Positions 60,551 through 63,727 of a stretch of 63,727 nucleotides of DNA are shown in pieces. The notes below the pieces were generated by a model that worked only from the letters and a program-made list of their open reading frames with translations, did not search any database and was not told where the DNA came from. Position 1 is the stretch's first letter; every line of letters starts with the position of its first letter. Origin of the DNA: Candidatus Fervidifonticultor quintus (GTDB taxonomy: Bacteria > Sysuimicrobiota > Sysuimicrobiia > Sysuimicrobiales > Humicultoraceae); contig JAVKIJ010000007.1 in assembly GCA_031459535.1 (NCBI GenBank), positions 1 to 63,727 of the forward strand. Direction: 5' to 3'. The position numbers and the translations under genes were made by a program.

Positions 60551-63500
60551 GCTTCAATGGGGCCGGTCCACTTCACGCGGTAAACCGGGGAGTAGCTTCA
60601 ATGGGGCCGCCGTCTCTCAACGGCGGAAACTATGGCAGGCCTGCGGAAATCCGACCGACAATCGCTGGCTTCAATGGGGCCGCCGTCTCTCAACGGCGGA
60701 AACTATGGAGAGCGGCTGATCGAGGGGAGCTGGTTGACCCGCTTCAATGGGGCCGCCGTCTCTCAACGGCGGAAACCCTGATCACGGTTTCGGCGTCATT
60801 TAGGGCCAGCTCGAGCTTCAATGGGGCCGCCGTCTCTCAACGGCGGAAACGATCGCGGACGTATCAACGGGGCACGCGTTCGTCGAGCTTCAATGGGGCC
60901 GCCGTCTCTCAACGGCGGAAACCGGACCCCGAGCGGTTGGCGGTTCGTCCACGTGAGCCGCTTCAATGGGGCCGCCGTCTCTCAACGGCGGAAACGCGTA
61001 CTGCTCGGCGCGCGCCGCCTCCCTACGCAAAGCTTCAATGGGGCCGCCGTCTCTCAACGGCGGAAACCGCTGACTGGCGCGCAGGGAGGAGAAGAGGCGG
61101 TCGCGCTTCAATGGGGCCGCCGTCTCTCAACGGCGGAAACGTTAGTAGTCCATCTCGTGCGATGACAGGAGGAGGGGCTTCAATGGGGCCGCCGTCTCTC
61201 AACGGCGGAAACGATGTGAGAGAAACCCGACACGCGGCAGTTCCGCGTAGCTTCAATGGGGCCGCCGTCTCTCAACGGCGGAAACTCGTCCGCCTCTTAG
61301 TGTGGCGGGAGAGATAGAGAGAGGCTTCAATGGGGCCGCCGTCTCTCAACGGCGGAAACCAGTGATCCCCAAGCCCCGCGATCGCCGGGAGGCGATAGCT
61401 TCAATGGGGCCGCCGTCTCTCAACGGCGGAAACACAGCAGCAGAAGTGCGGTTGCGGGACCGATGTGTGGCTTCAATGGGGCCGCCGTCTCTCAACGGCG
61501 GAAACTCGACGAGGCGTGCGCACGAGATCCACTGTGCACGACGGCTTCAATGGGGCCGCCGTCTCTCAACGGCGGAAACCATTCCTACCACGATCGCCCC
61601 GACCCACACTGTCCAGCTTCAATGGGGCCGCCGTCTCTCAACGGCGGAAACGCTCGTCAGTGAGCTGCGCGAGGAGGCCATCGATCCGCTTCAATGGGGC
61701 CGCCGTCTCTCAACGGCGGAAACATCGTGACGACGACGGGGGCGTTGGGCGGTAGCCTGCTTCAATGGGGCCGCCGTCTCTCAACGGCGGAAACCCCCAA
61801 AAAGGCCATGTCGTGTGCGTGAGTTCACTCACGCTTCAATGGGGCCGCCGTCTCTCAACGGCGGAAACGTGGTTCGTGGAAGCGCTCAAGCGGATCCCCG
61901 CCGTGCTTCAATGGGGCCGCCGTCTCTCAACGGCGGAAACGTACTTCAGCGGCCTGGATCGGCTCGGAGCCCTATGCTTCAATGGGGCCGCCGTCTCTCA
62001 ACGGCGGAAACCAGTCAGAGTTTGCGCTGGCGGTGAGTTTCACCCGGGCGCTTCAATGGGGCCGCCGTCTCTCAACGGCGGAAACGGCTACGGTCGCCCT
62101 CCCGCGTACCCGTGGGCAGAGCAGCTTCAATGGGGCCGCCGTCTCTCAACGGCGGAAACAGGGCCCAAGGGGTCTCGGTCAGACGCCACGTAGAAGCTTC
62201 AATGGGGCCGCCGTCTCTCAACGGCGGAAACGAACGCCGAGTAGAAATGCGCAGACTCAAGCGCGACGCTTCAATGGGGCCGCCGTCTCTCAACGGCGGA
62301 AACGACGGAGCGCGTCGTCGGCGTATAGCCGTCGACGGGCTTCAATGGGGCCGCCGTCTCTCAACGGCGGAAACTGGGTACTGTGGATGGACACGGACGA
62401 GCGGCTGGTGCTTCAATGGGGCCGCCGTCTCTCAACGGCGGAAACTGGGTACTGTGGATGGACACGGACGAGCGGCTGGTGCTTCAATGGGGCCGCCGTC
62501 TCTCAACGGCGGAAACATGGTCGCGCGCCGACAGAGTACCCATGGGCAACGCAGCTTCAATGGGGCCGCCGTCTCTCAACGGCGGAAACAATGGCGAGCG
62601 CAATGCGTTCCACCGTCTGCATCCTGCTTCAATGGGGCCGCCGTCTCTCAACGGCGGAAACGCCGGCGGCGGGAGTCCCAGTCCGCCGCGCGCTGGAGGC
62701 TTCAATGGGGCCGCCGTCTCTCAACGGCGGAAACTTGGGCTACTCGCGTTGCGTGGCCGCCGTGTGGAGGTGCTTCAATGGGGCCGCCGTCTCTCAACGG
62801 CGGAAACCCGTGCCCATCGTCGCCTTGCGTGGGTATTCGGGGGCTTCAATGGGGCCGCCGTCTCTCAACGGCGGAAACGAAGAAGAAGAACCGATGTACC
62901 GCGTGTTCCCCGGTGCTTCAATGGGGCCGCCGTCTCTCAACGGCGGAAACGGCTCGTTGACGCCCTCGGGTGGGGTAGTGGCAACGATGCTTCAATGGGG
63001 CCGCCGTCTCTCAACGGCGGAAACCTCCCTCGCCGGCCGGCATACTCGCGCGGGCGCGCAATGCTTCAATGGGGCCGCCGTCTCTCAACGGCGGAAACGG
63101 TCTGGCCACGGCGAGGCATTCAGGCGCTCCTGCGTGCTTCAATGGGGCCGCCGTCTCTCAACGGCGGAAACAGGAGACAAACCTGCAAGGCCTGCGGCAG
63201 ACCAGAGCTTCAATGGGGCCGCCGTCTCTCAACGGCGGAAACAGGAGCGTTCACTGCGGATTCCGGAGCGTTCACTGGCTTCAATGGGGCCGCCGTCTCT
63301 CAACGGCGGAAACAAGACCGATTCCCCGATCTCCTGGCCGTTGCGGTAGCTTCAATGGGGCCGCCGTCTCTCAACGGCGGAAACCGCCAACGGTCTGCGT
63401 GCCCTGTTGAACATGGGCGCGGCTTCAATGGGGCCGCCGTCTCTCAACGGCGGAAACCGTCGGGACCGGGGTGGTGCATCCGCAGCCGGAGGATGCTTCA

Positions 63501-63727
63501 ATGGGGCCGCCGTCTCTCAACGGCGGAAACGGTAGCGCTGCCAGCTGGACCGCTTGGGGTCGTTGAGGCTTCAATGGGGCCGCCGTCTCTCAACGGCGGA
63601 AACCTGCCGGCGGGTGCGTGGCTGGGCGCACGGGCGTACTGGCTTCAATGGGGCCGCCGTCTCTCAACGGCGGAAACGAGGGTCAACTCATTGATGACCG
63701 CGCCACTGTAGCGGCTTCAATGGGGCC
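60551..63727 (-). CRISPR. CRISPR array with a type I-G (I-U)-like 36-nt repeat; 43 complete repeats, one partial repeat at the window edge and one degenerate trailer repeat
   Basis: Repeat GCTTCAATGGGGCCGCCGTCTCTCAACGGCGGAAAC from 60595 (minus strand GTTTCCGCCGTTGAGAGACGGCGGCCCCATTGAAGC; 7-bp hairpin, ATTGAAGC handle); spacers 35-38 nt. Confidence 0.98.

Noticed and set aside
60049-63711. Long ORFs with repeating LQWGRRLSTAET / MGPPSLNGGN / FNGAAVSQRRK peptides
   Set aside because: They are translations of the CRISPR repeats, not proteins
60595-63727. Self-targeting spacers
   Set aside because: No match to the window noticed by eye; not exhaustively tested and needs BLAST

Overview
High-GC (roughly 70%) bacterial chromosome segment; the gene style suggests a Terrabacteria lineage such as Armatimonadota/CSP1-3, which is an inference. 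Positions 1-28 kb form a large GntR(HutC)-associated uptake/catabolic region: three Dpp/Opp-type ABC modules with no ATPase gene in the window, two non-canonical M28 peptidase paralogs, two AstE/AspA deacylases, two amidohydrolases, a creatininase-family enzyme, a CapA-like protein, a PanE-like reductase, an SDR, an HpcH aldolase, an extra DRE-TIM synthase and an extra beta-decarboxylating dehydrogenase. Next come a 5'-nucleotidase, a Bcp peroxiredoxin with an unusual basic tail, a TIGR01777 protein, hutU, a decayed integrase scar next to tRNA-Asp, and an ilvB-ilvN-ilvC-leuA-leuC-leuD-cimA-(small ORF)-mmsA-leuB operon. That operon is controlled by a tandem ykkC-type (probably ppGpp) riboswitch plus a Leu T-box, each with its own terminator. 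The rest holds SOS-box-preceded mrfAB-like genes, glxR/hyi, a HEPN-MNT pair, a nucleoside ABC transporter with a hydrolase, and a type I-G(I-U)-like CRISPR array (43 full repeats) that runs off the right edge. No cas genes are in the window.
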